Origin: an uncultured Bacilli bacterium
GTDB taxonomy: Bacteria > Bacillota_I > Bacilli_A > RF39 > UBA660
NCBI GenBank assembly: GCA_934099115.1
Contig: CAKOPK010000001.1
Coordinates: 85,756-149,755, forward strand
Direction: 5' to 3'
Length of the DNA: 64,000 bases
Shown: piece after piece, positions 10,047 to 19,884 of the stretch
How the letters are laid out: each line of letters begins with the position of its first letter
How positions within the stretch are numbered: the stretch's first letter is position 1
The notes under the pieces: generated by a model
Seen by the model: only the letters and a program-made list of their open reading frames with translations
Database searches by the model: none
Told to the model about the DNA's origin: nothing
Translations under genes and position numbers: made by a program

Positions 10047-10492
10047 TACTTTTCCTCATATTTTGTAATTGTTTCTACCCTTTTTAAATGTCTTTCTTCA
10101 CTTGGAGCTTTTGTATTAATGAAAGTATCTACAATGTCTTTTACAAGATTTAAATCTGTTGTTATGTCTGCTCCTAAAGCTATTACATTGGCTCCATTGT
10201 GATTTTTTCCTTTAAACGCATCATCTACTGATAACGCTCTAACACAACGAATTCCTTTTACTTTATTGGCAGCGATACTCATTCCTACTCCAGAACCACA
10301 TATTAATATACCTAATGAATTACTAGTATCTCTTACTTTTTCTCCTAAAGTAAAAGCAAACTCTGGATAATCATCATATTCACTGTTAGGTAATCCTATA
10401 TCTTCTACATCCAAACCATTATCTTTTAAATAGGGCATTAATTTATTTTTTAAAGTAACTCCCCTATGGTCACATCCAATATATATTTTCAT
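10046..10492 (-). CDS. rpiB: Ribose-5-phosphate isomerase B
   Basis: MKIYIGCDHRG…ICGSGVGMSIAANK signature of RpiB/LacAB. Confidence 0.85.
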   Translation of the reverse strand: MKIYIGCDHRGVTLKNKLMPYLKDNGLDVEDIGLPNSEYDDYPEFAFTLGEKVRDTSNSLGILICGSGVGMSIAANKVKGIRCVRALSVDDAFKGKNHNGANVIALGADITTDLNLVKDIVDTFINTKAPSEERHLKRVETITKYEEK

Positions 10493-10608
10493 TATATCCT
10501 CCTCTTTTATTTTAGCAAAAACTACTTTAATTGAAAATAAAAAATTAAAAACTATACTTAAACTTTACTTCAATTTTGATTTATTCTATAATTATATTGG
10601 TGATATAT

Positions 10609-11358
10609 ATGTTTACAGATACTCATTGTCATATTTTTAAAGAATACTATTCTAATATTGATGAAGTATTAGAACAGTCAAAAAATGTTGGTATCTCTAG
10701 AGTTATTAACAATGGGTGTAGCCATAAAAGTAATCAAGAAGTATTAGAATTAATAGAAAAATATCCTAATATGTATGGAGCTTTAGGAATACATCCAGAA
10801 GTTGTTGATACTTATCAAGAACAAGAATTGGATTTTATTATCAAACATTTAAATAATTCTAAAGTAATAGCTATAGGTGAGATTGGTTTAGATTATCATT
10901 ATACAAAAGAAAATAAAGATAAACAGATTATGCTTTTTAGTAAGCAGCTAGAAATAGCAGAAAAATATAATTTACCGGTTATTATTCATAGTAGAGATGC
11001 TACAGAAGATACAATAGAAACATTAAAGAAATATCATGTTAGAGGAGTTATTCATTCTTTTTCTGGTTCTTTAGAAACGGCTAAAATCTATCTAAAAATG
11101 GGATTTGCATTGGGCGTTAATGGAGTTATTACATTTAAAAATGCTAAATTAAAAGATGTTATTAAGGAAATAGATTTAAAATATTTATTGTTAGAAACAG
11201 ATAGTCCTTATTTAACTCCTGAGCCTTTTAGAGGTAAAACAAATTATCCAGGGAATGTTAGTATTATTGCAGATTTTATATGTAATTTAAATGATATTTC
11301 TAGGGAGGAACTGGCTTTTATTACCAACCAAAACATTAAACGTATTTTTGACATTTAA
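10609..11358 (+). CDS. tatD: TatD-family metal-dependent DNase/hydrolase
   Basis: N-terminal DTHCH motif and TIM-barrel hydrolase motifs; the upstream in-frame extension is probably not translated. Confidence 0.8.
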   Translation: MFTDTHCHIFKEYYSNIDEVLEQSKNVGISRVINNGCSHKSNQEVLELIEKYPNMYGALGIHPEVVDTYQEQELDFIIKHLNNSKVIAIGEIGLDYHYTKENKDKQIMLFSKQLEIAEKYNLPVIIHSRDATEDTIETLKKYHVRGVIHSFSGSLETAKIYLKMGFALGVNGVITFKNAKLKDVIKEIDLKYLLLETDSPYLTPEPFRGKTNYPGNVSIIADFICNLNDISREELAFITNQNIKRIFDI

Positions 11359-11400
11359 GAGAGTTTATGGTATGATTAATTTGTCGATTGAGGTGAAAAA

Positions 11401-11970
11401 ATGAGTAAAAATTTATTTTACTTTCGATATATATTTAAAGTTGGAGTATTAGTTATTTCTTTATTTTTATTAAATGCTTCTACTTTTAAGACGAAAAATT
11501 ATAGTACAAATGAAAATGTTAATAAAAATGTTAATTTATCTACGATGGCTATTTATATAAATAAAGAAGAGGAAGAAAAAGCTACTTATGAAGCTATGCA
11601 GACTTATCTTTGGGGTGTTTTAGATAGTTATACGGGGGATTTAACTGGTTATGGTGCAGATTGTCCATTATGTAGTGGGCGTCTTGCTTGTATGTCTAGT
11701 TTAGATTTAAGTAATGGTAGAAATACTTATGTTGATAAAACTTATGGTGAAGTACAAATTGTTGCTTCTAGTAAGAACTTACCTTGTGGGACTATTATTC
11801 GTTTTACTAGTAAAAGAATTAGTGAAAAGCCTATTGTTGCAATTGTTTTAGATAGAGGAGTTTTAGGGAATGATATTGATTTTTTAACTCCAAGTGAAGC
11901 TTATGCTTTAAAATATGTTGGAAGAAGTTCTATAACTTATGATGTTTTAAGATTTGGATGGGAAAAATAA
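11401..11970 (+). CDS. YabE-like 3D-domain protein
   Basis: N-terminal TM; C-terminal 3D domain (…IVLDRGVLGNDIDF…); sits between tatD and ksgA as yabE does in Bacillus. Confidence 0.5.
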   Translation: MSKNLFYFRYIFKVGVLVISLFLLNASTFKTKNYSTNENVNKNVNLSTMAIYINKEEEEKATYEAMQTYLWGVLDSYTGDLTGYGADCPLCSGRLACMSSLDLSNGRNTYVDKTYGEVQIVASSKNLPCGTIIRFTSKRISEKPIVAIVLDRGVLGNDIDFLTPSEAYALKYVGRSSITYDVLRFGWEK

Positions 11971-12755
11971 TGACAGAGATAAAAGCTAAAAAAAGTTTAG
12001 GGCAGAATTTTCTCAATGACGAAAATGTTTTAAAAAATATAGCCGATAGTATTACTACAACTAATCAAGATTTAATTATTGAGGTTGGGCCTGGTAAAGG
12101 AGCTTTGACTAAATATTTATTAAAAAAAGATGCTTATTTAGTGTGTTATGAAGTGGATTTAAGACTTAAAAATATTCTAGCTACTTATCAAAACGAGAAA
12201 GCCAAAATTATATATCAAGATTTTTTACAAAGTGATATTTTAGAGGATACTAAAGATATGATTTATCAGGATGTTTATATGATTGCTAATATCCCCTATT
12301 ATATTACAACTCCTATTATTAAGAAAGCTATAAATATTCCTAAATTAAAGGCTATGACTTTATTAGTTCAAAAGGAAGTAGCGGAGAGATTGACTGCTAA
12401 ACCAGGAATGAAAGCTAATGGTTCTCTTACTTTGTTTTTAAATTATTATTTTCAAATTGATTATTTATTTCAAGTAAAAAATACTTGTTTTACTCCAGTT
12501 CCTAAAGTAGATAGTGCTGTCGTTTTATTTAAGAAGAAAGAAGAGCCTAAAGTTATTAATAAAGAACATTTATTTCAATTAATAGAGGATGCGTTTCGCT
12601 TAAAAAGAAAAACTCTTAGAAATAATCTTAAGGATTATGATTGGAATATTATTAAATCTGTTTTAGAGAGTCATCAATTATCTTTAGCGGTAAGAGCAGA
12701 AGAATTATCTTTAGATATATTTATAGAAATATCTGATAAATTAAATTCTTATTAG
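11958..12755 (+). CDS. rsmA: 16S rRNA (adenine1518/1519-N6)-dimethyltransferase
   Basis: LGQNFL…EVGPGKGALT SAM-binding motifs. Confidence 0.9.
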   Translation: MGKIMTEIKAKKSLGQNFLNDENVLKNIADSITTTNQDLIIEVGPGKGALTKYLLKKDAYLVCYEVDLRLKNILATYQNEKAKIIYQDFLQSDILEDTKDMIYQDVYMIANIPYYITTPIIKKAINIPKLKAMTLLVQKEVAERLTAKPGMKANGSLTLFLNYYFQIDYLFQVKNTCFTPVPKVDSAVVLFKKKEEPKVINKEHLFQLIEDAFRLKRKTLRNNLKDYDWNIIKSVLESHQLSLAVRAEELSLDIFIEISDKLNSY

Positions 12756-12795
12756 ATATTTTTTTATTTTTTGCATATATTTTAATGGTGGTTCT

Positions 12796-13560
12796 ATGGA
12801 AATCAAACGAGGACAATTGGTTACAAGAAAAAGCTATAATAATGATACTGTATTTAAAGTTATAAATATTAAAAACGATATTTATTATTTAAAAGGAATG
12901 GAAGTTCGTTTATTTGCTGATGCCTATAGTGATGATTTAGAAATATATACAAAGAAAGAAGAACCTGAAACAGAAGAAGAAGTTGAAAAATTGGATCGCA
13001 GTGAGTATTTTTATATACCTGGTAAAATACTACATATTGATGGAGATAGTGATTATTTAAATAAATGTCTTAATTATTATAAAAAAAATGGGGTTTATGC
13101 GATTGGTAAAAAAATTGTTGAAGAACATATTTATGAAAATATAACTGCTTTATTAAGAGAATATAAACCTGATATCGTTATTATAACAGGACATGATGCT
13201 TATTATTCTAAAAAAGGTGATATTCATGATTTAAAAAATTATCGTAATACAGAAAATTTTATAAAGGCAATACACATGGCTAGAAAATATGAAAAATCAC
13301 ATGAAAAACTTATTATTATAGCTGGGGCTTGTCAATCTAATTATGAAGAGCTAATTAAAGCAGGTGCTAATTTTGCTTCCAGTCCTAAAAGAGTTAATAT
13401 TCATGCTTTAGACCCAGCGATTATTGCTGCTAATGTTGCTTTAACTGAACGTAATCAAGAAATAGATTTATTAGATTTATTAGATAAAACAAAATATGGA
13501 CATGATGGTATGGGTGGTATTAAAACTAATGGACTCATGTATGTTGGATTTCCTAGATAG
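12796..13560 (+). CDS. yabG: Sporulation-specific protease YabG
   Basis: Collinear similarity to B. subtilis YabG (…PGKILHIDGD…ITGHDAY…AGACQS…ANFASSP…NIHALDP). Confidence 0.8.
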   Translation: MEIKRGQLVTRKSYNNDTVFKVINIKNDIYYLKGMEVRLFADAYSDDLEIYTKKEEPETEEEVEKLDRSEYFYIPGKILHIDGDSDYLNKCLNYYKKNGVYAIGKKIVEEHIYENITALLREYKPDIVIITGHDAYYSKKGDIHDLKNYRNTENFIKAIHMARKYEKSHEKLIIIAGACQSNYEELIKAGANFASSPKRVNIHALDPAIIAANVALTERNQEIDLLDLLDKTKYGHDGMGGIKTNGLMYVGFPR

Positions 13561-13568
13561 GAGGAATT

Positions 13569-13781
13569 TTGAATTTAGAATTTATTAAAGAAGAAATAAC
13601 TAAAAATAAGAATTGTGAGGTTACAATTACTGTTTATGGTATGAGAGGAAAAACAAATACTTATCATGGAATTATTCATGGAATTTATCCTAATATTTTT
13701 ACCATAATAGAGAGTGGTATCGAAAAAAGTTTTAGTTATTCAGATGCTATAACTGGGGATATTAGAATAAAATATGAGTAA
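13569..13781 (+). CDS. veg: Veg protein
   Basis: Veg-family similarity; TTG start 4 nt after AGGAGG. Confidence 0.7.
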   Translation: MNLEFIKEEITKNKNCEVTITVYGMRGKTNTYHGIIHGIYPNIFTIIESGIEKSFSYSDAITGDIRIKYE

Positions 13782-13855
13782 AGACTTGCTATTTGTTTAT
13801 TTTTGCTATAGAATATAATTAAGTTCAGTATGACTTTAGAAGGGAAAAGAAATTT

Positions 13856-14110
13856 ATGCAAATTACATCAGTAACTGTTCGTAAGATTGAAAAGGGAGAC
13901 ACAAGAATGAAAGGAATTGCTTCAGTTTTAATAGATGATTCTTTTGCAGTTCATGATATTCGTATTATAGAGGGAGATAATGGATTATTTATTGCTATGC
14001 CAAGCAGAAAAACTGCTACTGGTGGATATAGAGATATAGCTCATCCAATTAGTCCAGATGTAAGAAAGATGTTTGAAGATGCTATTTTAAACGAATATAA
14101 TAAAAATTAA
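13856..14110 (+). CDS. spoVG: Septation protein SpoVG
   Basis: MQITSVTVRKIE…MKGIASV…IIEG.NGLFIAMPSRK SpoVG signature. Confidence 0.85.
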   Translation: MQITSVTVRKIEKGDTRMKGIASVLIDDSFAVHDIRIIEGDNGLFIAMPSRKTATGGYRDIAHPISPDVRKMFEDAILNEYNKN

Positions 14111-14177
14111 AGCTTGCTTAGGCAAGTTTTTTTCATATTATTTTCCTTTTATTCATATATTTTAGTAAAGGAGGACT

Positions 14178-14474
14178 ATGCATATGGATAAGACTTTAGA
14201 AATAGCAAGTTATGGTAGTCATGAATTAAAAATAATTGACCGTAGAGAAATATCTTTAACTGGTATTAAAAAAATTACTAGTTTTGATAGTGAGGAATTT
14301 TTATTGGAAAGTAATATGGGTATTATTTTGATTAAGGGTAGTAATTTAGAAATTATGAAGTTAGATACTCATGATGGGAATGTTAAAATAAAAGGTAAAA
14401 TTAATGGTTTTAATTATTTAGATAATAAAGAAAAAGTAAAAGAAGAAAGTTTATTATCTAAATTATTTAAATAA
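14178..14474 (+). CDS. yabP: Sporulation protein YabP
   Basis: YabP-family similarity and yabP-yabQ-divIC synteny. Confidence 0.7.
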   Translation: MHMDKTLEIASYGSHELKIIDRREISLTGIKKITSFDSEEFLLESNMGIILIKGSNLEIMKLDTHDGNVKIKGKINGFNYLDNKEKVKEESLLSKLFK

Positions 14475-14475
14475 T

Positions 14476-14790
14476 ATGAATGCTAAAACACAAATAATAG
14501 CTCTTTTACTTTCTTTTTTATACGGATTTATTTTTGCTATTTTAGCTAGAATAAATGCTATAATTGTAAATAAGCAGAAAAGATATTATCGTAGCTTTAT
14601 TACTGTTCTCTTTATATGTAATATTGTTCTTTTATATATTATTCTTATTTTTAAATTAAATCATGGGATATTTCATCCCTATTTCTTTATTATGATGGGA
14701 CTTGGTTATATATTAGGTTTGTATATACAAAAAAAAGTGTCAAATAATAGCAAATATTTGCAATACGTTGAAAGAAAGAAAAAAAAATGA
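14476..14790 (+). CDS. yabQ: Spore cortex biosynthesis membrane protein YabQ
   Basis: Small three-TM protein directly after yabP. Confidence 0.6.
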   Translation: MNAKTQIIALLLSFLYGFIFAILARINAIIVNKQKRYYRSFITVLFICNIVLLYIILIFKLNHGIFHPYFFIMMGLGYILGLYIQKKVSNNSKYLQYVERKKKK

Positions 14791-14817
14791 TATACTTGTG
14801 ATAATAAGGAAGAAGGG

Positions 14818-15123
14818 ATTTATATAAAAAGGAAGGTAACTAAGAAAGAAAAAAGAAGGCTAACTTTATTTATTTTTGCTTTTATATTTTTGATTACTTT
14901 AACTTGCATAAATATATTTCCTGATTGGTTAAAAATTATGGCAAATAAAAAAGAAGTTGCCCTACTTCAAGATAATTATGAACAATTATTAGATAATGAA
15001 GAAGCTTTAAAAGCAGAAGTACAAAAATTGCAAAATCCGGAATATGTAGAAAGATATGCGAAAGAAAAATTTTTATATACCAAAGATAATGAAATTATAA
15101 TAAGAAAAACAGATGCAAAGTAA
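14818..15123 (+). CDS. divIC: Septum formation initiator DivIC/FtsB-like; no canonical start codon upstream of its TM helix
   Basis: Basic stretch KKEKRR + TM + coiled coil matches DivIC. In frame the only ATG/GTG/TTG (TTG 14890) lies after the TM; AGGAAGAAGGG is followed by ATT(14818)/ATA(14824). Confidence 0.55.
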   Translation: MYIKRKVTKKEKRRLTLFIFAFIFLITLTCINIFPDWLKIMANKKEVALLQDNYEQLLDNEEALKAEVQKLQNPEYVERYAKEKFLYTKDNEIIIRKTDAK

Positions 15124-15136
15124 TAGCGTCTTTTTT

Positions 15137-15385
15137 TTAGGAGCGATTTTCATAAAATTTTTCAATACTAACATCTAAGATATGAGAAATATTCCATAGT
15201 ACTGGAATACTTATTCCTAAAACTTTACCTGTTTCTAAAGAACAAATAAGACCTGTAGAAACGTTACACATTTTGGCTTGAGAAGTTCTTTCATTTAGAT
15301 GATTGGCGTTATAGATATTTCAATAACTTCTTACATTAGCACCTATTATTTTAAAAATATCGCCTCTTGTTTCTTTAACATATAA
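15137..15385 (-). pseudogene. Small XRE-family HTH regulator with an in-frame TGA (MLYVKETRGDIFKIIGANVRSY*NIYNANHLNERTSQAKMCNVSTGL…)
   Basis: HTH_3 pattern spans the TGA codon; the downstream internal ATG would give a product lacking helix 1. Confidence 0.35.
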
Positions 15386-15463
15386 CATGGTGATTACTAC
15401 TTTCTTTTTTAAATAATACCATAGAGAAATTGCTATTTTTTTCAATTTGATTAAATAGGGGTT

Positions 15464-16495
15464 ATGTGTTATAATGATGTTCGAGAGGAAAATGTTTATA
15501 TGATAAAAATTAATAATAAAAATATTAAAAAGGAACTAAAGAAAAAGAATGTTTTAATAGTTAGTATTGTTTTATTATTTTTAGCTATTATATTATTCTT
15601 TATTGGTACTTATAATATTACAGAAAATGAGAAAAAAGCTGTTTATTTAAACGATATTATTGAAAAAGATGATAATGATATAGACAGAAGTGCTTATTTA
15701 AATGTAGCTTATAATCCCTATTCTTTTGCTAAATATGAGGGTGAAAATGATAGAGCTTTCTATATAGTAAGTGATAGTCAATATTTTTATATTGTATATA
15801 TGGATGATAATTTATATAAAGAATTAAATAAAGATGATATAAAAGATAATCATGTTAAAATATATGGGGTTACTAAAGATATTGATAGTGGTATTAAAGA
15901 ATTAGCTTTAGATTCTTATAATGAAGGATTAGATGATGAAGATAAGATTACTATGGATGACTTTAATACTATGTTTGGTAATGTTTATTTAGATACGACT
16001 ATTTCTAATGATTTAGGGGGATTATTTTATGCGATAGGTTTTGTTTTAATATTTATAGCAATTATCTTCTTAATCACTTATATTATTATTAAGATTAGAA
16101 TAAATAAAAAGCTTAAAAATATAGATGAAGAAGAATGGATAAAAATAGAAAAGGAAATAGAAAAAGAAGATAGTATTTATTATAAGAAAGCTCATTTAAT
16201 ATTAACTAAACATTATATTGTTTCATTTAGTTTAGGACTTGATATATATAGTTATCAGGATATTATCTGGATATATGAAAAGAAATTAAGACAATATGGG
16301 ATTACTACTATGAAAGCAATTATAGTAGTAGATACTAATAAAAAAGCACATACTTTAGTAGAAATGCAAGGATTTACAAAAAGTTCTAAATTAACTATTG
16401 AAGAAATTATGCAAAATATTAGTAGTAAAAATAATAAGATATTAATAGGATATACTAGTGAAAACAGAAAGCTAGTAAAGGAATATACAAATTAA
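15464..16495 (+). CDS. Hypothetical two-TM protein; real start probably ATG 15500 (MIKINNKN) behind GAGAGGAAAA
   Basis: Long ORF with one N-terminal and one internal TM; no family recognised. Confidence 0.5.
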   Translation: MCYNDVREENVYMIKINNKNIKKELKKKNVLIVSIVLLFLAIILFFIGTYNITENEKKAVYLNDIIEKDDNDIDRSAYLNVAYNPYSFAKYEGENDRAFYIVSDSQYFYIVYMDDNLYKELNKDDIKDNHVKIYGVTKDIDSGIKELALDSYNEGLDDEDKITMDDFNTMFGNVYLDTTISNDLGGLFYAIGFVLIFIAIIFLITYIIIKIRINKKLKNIDEEEWIKIEKEIEKEDSIYYKKAHLILTKHYIVSFSLGLDIYSYQDIIWIYEKKLRQYGITTMKAIIVVDTNKKAHTLVEMQGFTKSSKLTIEEIMQNISSKNNKILIGYTSENRKLVKEYTN

Positions 16496-16522
16496 AGTGT
16501 AACATAGTTATACTTTTTTTGT

Positions 16523-17194
16523 TTGATCATATATTTTAATATGAAAAAGATATATAAAATTTTAATTATAAGTATATTGTTAATAAGTGCTTTATTTATC
16601 AACAATAAAGTAGAAGCTTTATTACCTTTAAGTGGAAAGATTATAGTTATTGATCCAGGTCATGGTGGTAAAGACCCAGGATCTACTGACGGAAATATTA
16701 ATGAAAGCAATATAAATTTAAGTATTAGTAGATATTTAGAATTAGAATTATCTAAGATGGGAGCTAGTGTTATTTTAACTAGGGATGGAGATTATGATTT
16801 AAGTAAGCCTAATGCTAAATGGAGAAAGAAAAGTGATTTTGATAATAGGATTAAGTTAATAAATAATAGTAATGCTGATTTATATTTGTCTATTCATTTA
16901 AATTATTTAACTGATTCTTCTTATTGGGGAGCTCAAGTATTTTATTCTGATGAAAAAAATAAAGAAATTGCTAGTTCTATTCAAAAAATTATTAATGATG
17001 AACTTAAAAACAATCGTGAAGAAAAGAAAATACCTTCTAAAACATATATGTATAGTAAATTAAATAGACCAGGAGTTTTAATAGAATGTGGTTTTTTGTC
17101 TAATGAAAAAGAAAAAAATTTGTTAATAACTCAAGAATATCAGCAAAAGTTAGCTAAAGTAATTACAAATGGGGTTATAGATGTGTTTAATTAA
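16523..17194 (+). CDS. cwlD: N-acetylmuramoyl-L-alanine amidase, CwlD-like (Amidase_3)
   Basis: IVIDPGHGGKDPG…ADLYLSIHLN zinc-amidase motifs. Confidence 0.75.
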   Translation: MIIYFNMKKIYKILIISILLISALFINNKVEALLPLSGKIIVIDPGHGGKDPGSTDGNINESNINLSISRYLELELSKMGASVILTRDGDYDLSKPNAKWRKKSDFDNRIKLINNSNADLYLSIHLNYLTDSSYWGAQVFYSDEKNKEIASSIQKIINDELKNNREEKKIPSKTYMYSKLNRPGVLIECGFLSNEKEKNLLITQEYQQKLAKVITNGVIDVFN

Positions 17195-17204
17195 AATAAA
17201 AAGA

Positions 17205-17657
17205 CTATTTTAAATATTTAGGAGATTCTATTTTTCCTAATAAATAGTCTGCACTTATGTTATATTTTTTGCAAATTGTATATAGAAAAGGAGTTGCTAT
17301 ATAGTATCTTCCCCTTTCATAGTCAGTAATTGTAGAATGTGTTGTATTTAAAATATCTGCTAGTTTATTTTGAGTTAATTTTTTTTCTTTACGAAATTCT
17401 TTAAGACGTTTTCCACTTTCTTTTTTGTCTATTTCTGATTTAAAATTATCATATTTTTTGACATCATTAAATTCAAAAACATAATCTAAAGAAATATCTA
17501 AATAATTACATAAAGTATTTAAATGTTTTATTGGTATTATATCTTTTTCTGTTTCATACATACTATATGTAGAATTTTTGACATTAATTATATGCATTAT
17601 ATCTAATTGTTTTATTTCTTTTTCTTCTCTTATATCTCTTAATTTTTTGCTATACAT
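17205..17657 (-). CDS. Tandem-HTH XRE-family transcriptional regulator (paralog 3)
   Basis: Same architecture and C-terminus as the other two. Confidence 0.7.
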   Translation of the reverse strand: MYSKKLRDIREEKEIKQLDIMHIINVKNSTYSMYETEKDIIPIKHLNTLCNYLDISLDYVFEFNDVKKYDNFKSEIDKKESGKRLKEFRKEKKLTQNKLADILNTTHSTITDYERGRYYIATPFLYTICKKYNISADYLLGKIESPKYLK

Positions 17658-17733
17658 ACCTTTTCACATCCAAAAATATTGTCTCATATTAACGTCTTAG
17701 CAAAATTTTGTTTCGGAAATACCTGCATTTTTC

Positions 17734-17762
17734 TTGACTTTTAATATACTTGATAATATAAT
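17734..17762 (+). promoter_or_regulatory. Perfect-consensus sigma-A promoter for surface-protein paralog 3
   Basis: TTGACT at 17734-17739, 17 nt, TATAAT at 17757-17762. Confidence 0.6.
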
Positions 17763-17801
17763 TTTAGTATATGGTAGAGAATTCTAAGAGAGGTTAGAAA
17801 A

Positions 17802-19853
17802 ATGGAAATAGAAACATTAAAAAGGAAAAATAAATATTTTTATTTAGGAATTATATGTGGGGTTATACTTCTTGCTATAGTGGGATTTAGTACTTCAAGA
17901 GCCAAATATAAAACAACACAAAGTATAAAATTAGCAGAAGGCACTATCACTAATTATAGTACCGCAGATGTAAATGTCGCAGTCTATTGGGGAGACAAAG
18001 CAAAGAGTGCATTTCCAGATAAGAATAGTGGTTATCAATTTGATAAAGTAGTATGTAGTGTAGAAAGTATAGCAAATAAAGCAACATGGTCCAATGAAGC
18101 GTGGTCACTTAATATGGAAGTAACAGAACCAGTTAAATGTTGGATATATTTTACATATACTCCAGAAATGAGTTTATCATTAAGTGGAGATTATACGAAT
18201 AAGACAGTAACAATAACCAATGATTTTAAATCAACCAATTTATATAAAGTAACAAAATATTATTATAGTTTAGATGGAACTAATTATGTAGAAAGTACAA
18301 ATAATAGTTATACATTTACAGAATGGCAAGGAGTAAAGTTAAGTGCATCTAAATATACAATTTATACGAAAGCGGTAGATGAAGAAGGAAATGAAACAAG
18401 TGTAATAACAGGATCTATCTGGTTAGATAATGCAGCCCCAAATTTAATGTTTAATACGGGATCTAATACAGTAGGAAATAATGGATGGTATAAATCATAT
18501 ACGATGAATATAAAAGCAACAGATGAAAATAACATAGGAACTTTCCAATATTGTGTAACAACTAGTACAACATGTACACCAAACATCAATATAAATGCAG
18601 GAACAACAGAAGCAAGTTATAACTATACGTTTGGAACAGCAAGTAGTGGACAAAGAGTATGTGCAACCTCAACAGATATTGTAGGAAACAATACCGGAAT
18701 AAAATGTTCAGAAGCATATAAAGTAGATGTAACAAAACCAACGATATCTAATATGAGTGCGAGTGTAAACAATAAAACAATAAACATATCAGTAAATGCA
18801 ACCGATGTAGGAAGTGGAGGATTAACATACTTCTACAGTATAGATGGAGGAAGAAATTATACATCTAGAACAAGCAACACTTACAGTGTTACAGTAGGAG
18901 CAGGAACCTACAGTATTTATGTATATGTAGTAGACGCAGCAGGGAATCAAAGTGCGGTAAAGACAACGAGTGCAGTGATTAACAATCCATTAAAAGAAAC
19001 AATTCTTGCAAATTCACCGACAATAACAACAAGAACAGATTTTAGTACAACCGTAACAAATACAAATACTGGAACATTATATACAGCGGCAGATGATTAT
19101 GGAACAAGTTATTACTATGCAGGAAATCCAACAGACAACTGGGTAAAATTTGCAGGTTTCTATTGGAGAATCATTCGATTAAATGGAGATGGCACCATCA
19201 GAATGATCTATAATGGAACTACAACAAATCAAACAGGAGAAACAACTCAAATAGGAACAAATTCTTTTAATAGTAGCTATGACAGCAATTTATATGTTGG
19301 TTATCAGTATGCTGATGGTGAAGTCCATGGAAGAGGAACAGATAGTACAATAAAAGGTGTGTTAGATAGTTGGTATAGCAGTAATCTAAGTAGCTATGCA
19401 AGTAAAATAGCAACCGGAAATGGAGCAGCATTCTGCAATGATAGAACTCCATATAATGGACAGGGAATAGGAAGAATTGAAACATATTATGCGGCATATA
19501 ATAGATTAATAACAAATAAAACTCCAACTTTAAAATGTAACAATACCAATGATAACTTTAATGTTTTCGTAGGCTTAATTACGGCTGATGAAGTAGTTTA
19601 CGCTGGTAGCATATATTATCCATTTAATACTGTTTTTTACTTATATACAAATCAAAGTTATTGGACTATATCTCCATCTCATACTGATTGTGATGGATGG
19701 GCAGATGTATTTCACATAGGGGCTAATGGTACACTAAGCACATATGATCGTGTTACCAACACATTTGGTGTTAGACCAGTAATCAACTTAAAATCAGATG
19801 TATCTTTTTCTAGTGGAAATGGAACTTCTTTTGACCCATATGTAGTTTCATAA
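17802..19853 (+). CDS. Secreted/surface protein, paralog 3 (683 aa), with two inserted Ig-like repeats (Y.YS.DG..Y……AGN.S pattern)
   Basis: Same N-terminus, central core and C-terminus as paralogs 1 and 2, plus a ~270-aa insertion of tandem Ig-like modules. Confidence 0.65.
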   Translation: MEIETLKRKNKYFYLGIICGVILLAIVGFSTSRAKYKTTQSIKLAEGTITNYSTADVNVAVYWGDKAKSAFPDKNSGYQFDKVVCSVESIANKATWSNEAWSLNMEVTEPVKCWIYFTYTPEMSLSLSGDYTNKTVTITNDFKSTNLYKVTKYYYSLDGTNYVESTNNSYTFTEWQGVKLSASKYTIYTKAVDEEGNETSVITGSIWLDNAAPNLMFNTGSNTVGNNGWYKSYTMNIKATDENNIGTFQYCVTTSTTCTPNININAGTTEASYNYTFGTASSGQRVCATSTDIVGNNTGIKCSEAYKVDVTKPTISNMSASVNNKTINISVNATDVGSGGLTYFYSIDGGRNYTSRTSNTYSVTVGAGTYSIYVYVVDAAGNQSAVKTTSAVINNPLKETILANSPTITTRTDFSTTVTNTNTGTLYTAADDYGTSYYYAGNPTDNWVKFAGFYWRIIRLNGDGTIRMIYNGTTTNQTGETTQIGTNSFNSSYDSNLYVGYQYADGEVHGRGTDSTIKGVLDSWYSSNLSSYASKIATGNGAAFCNDRTPYNGQGIGRIETYYAAYNRLITNKTPTLKCNNTNDNFNVFVGLITADEVVYAGSIYYPFNTVFYLYTNQSYWTISPSHTDCDGWADVFHIGANGTLSTYDRVTNTFGVRPVINLKSDVSFSSGNGTSFDPYVVS

Positions 19854-19884
19854 TGTTTATAAGTTATGTGTTATTCACAATGTA

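Noticed and set aside
9957-10202. Plus-strand ORF 9957-10202
   Set aside because: Antisense overlap with rpiB and the small downstream ORF; no support.
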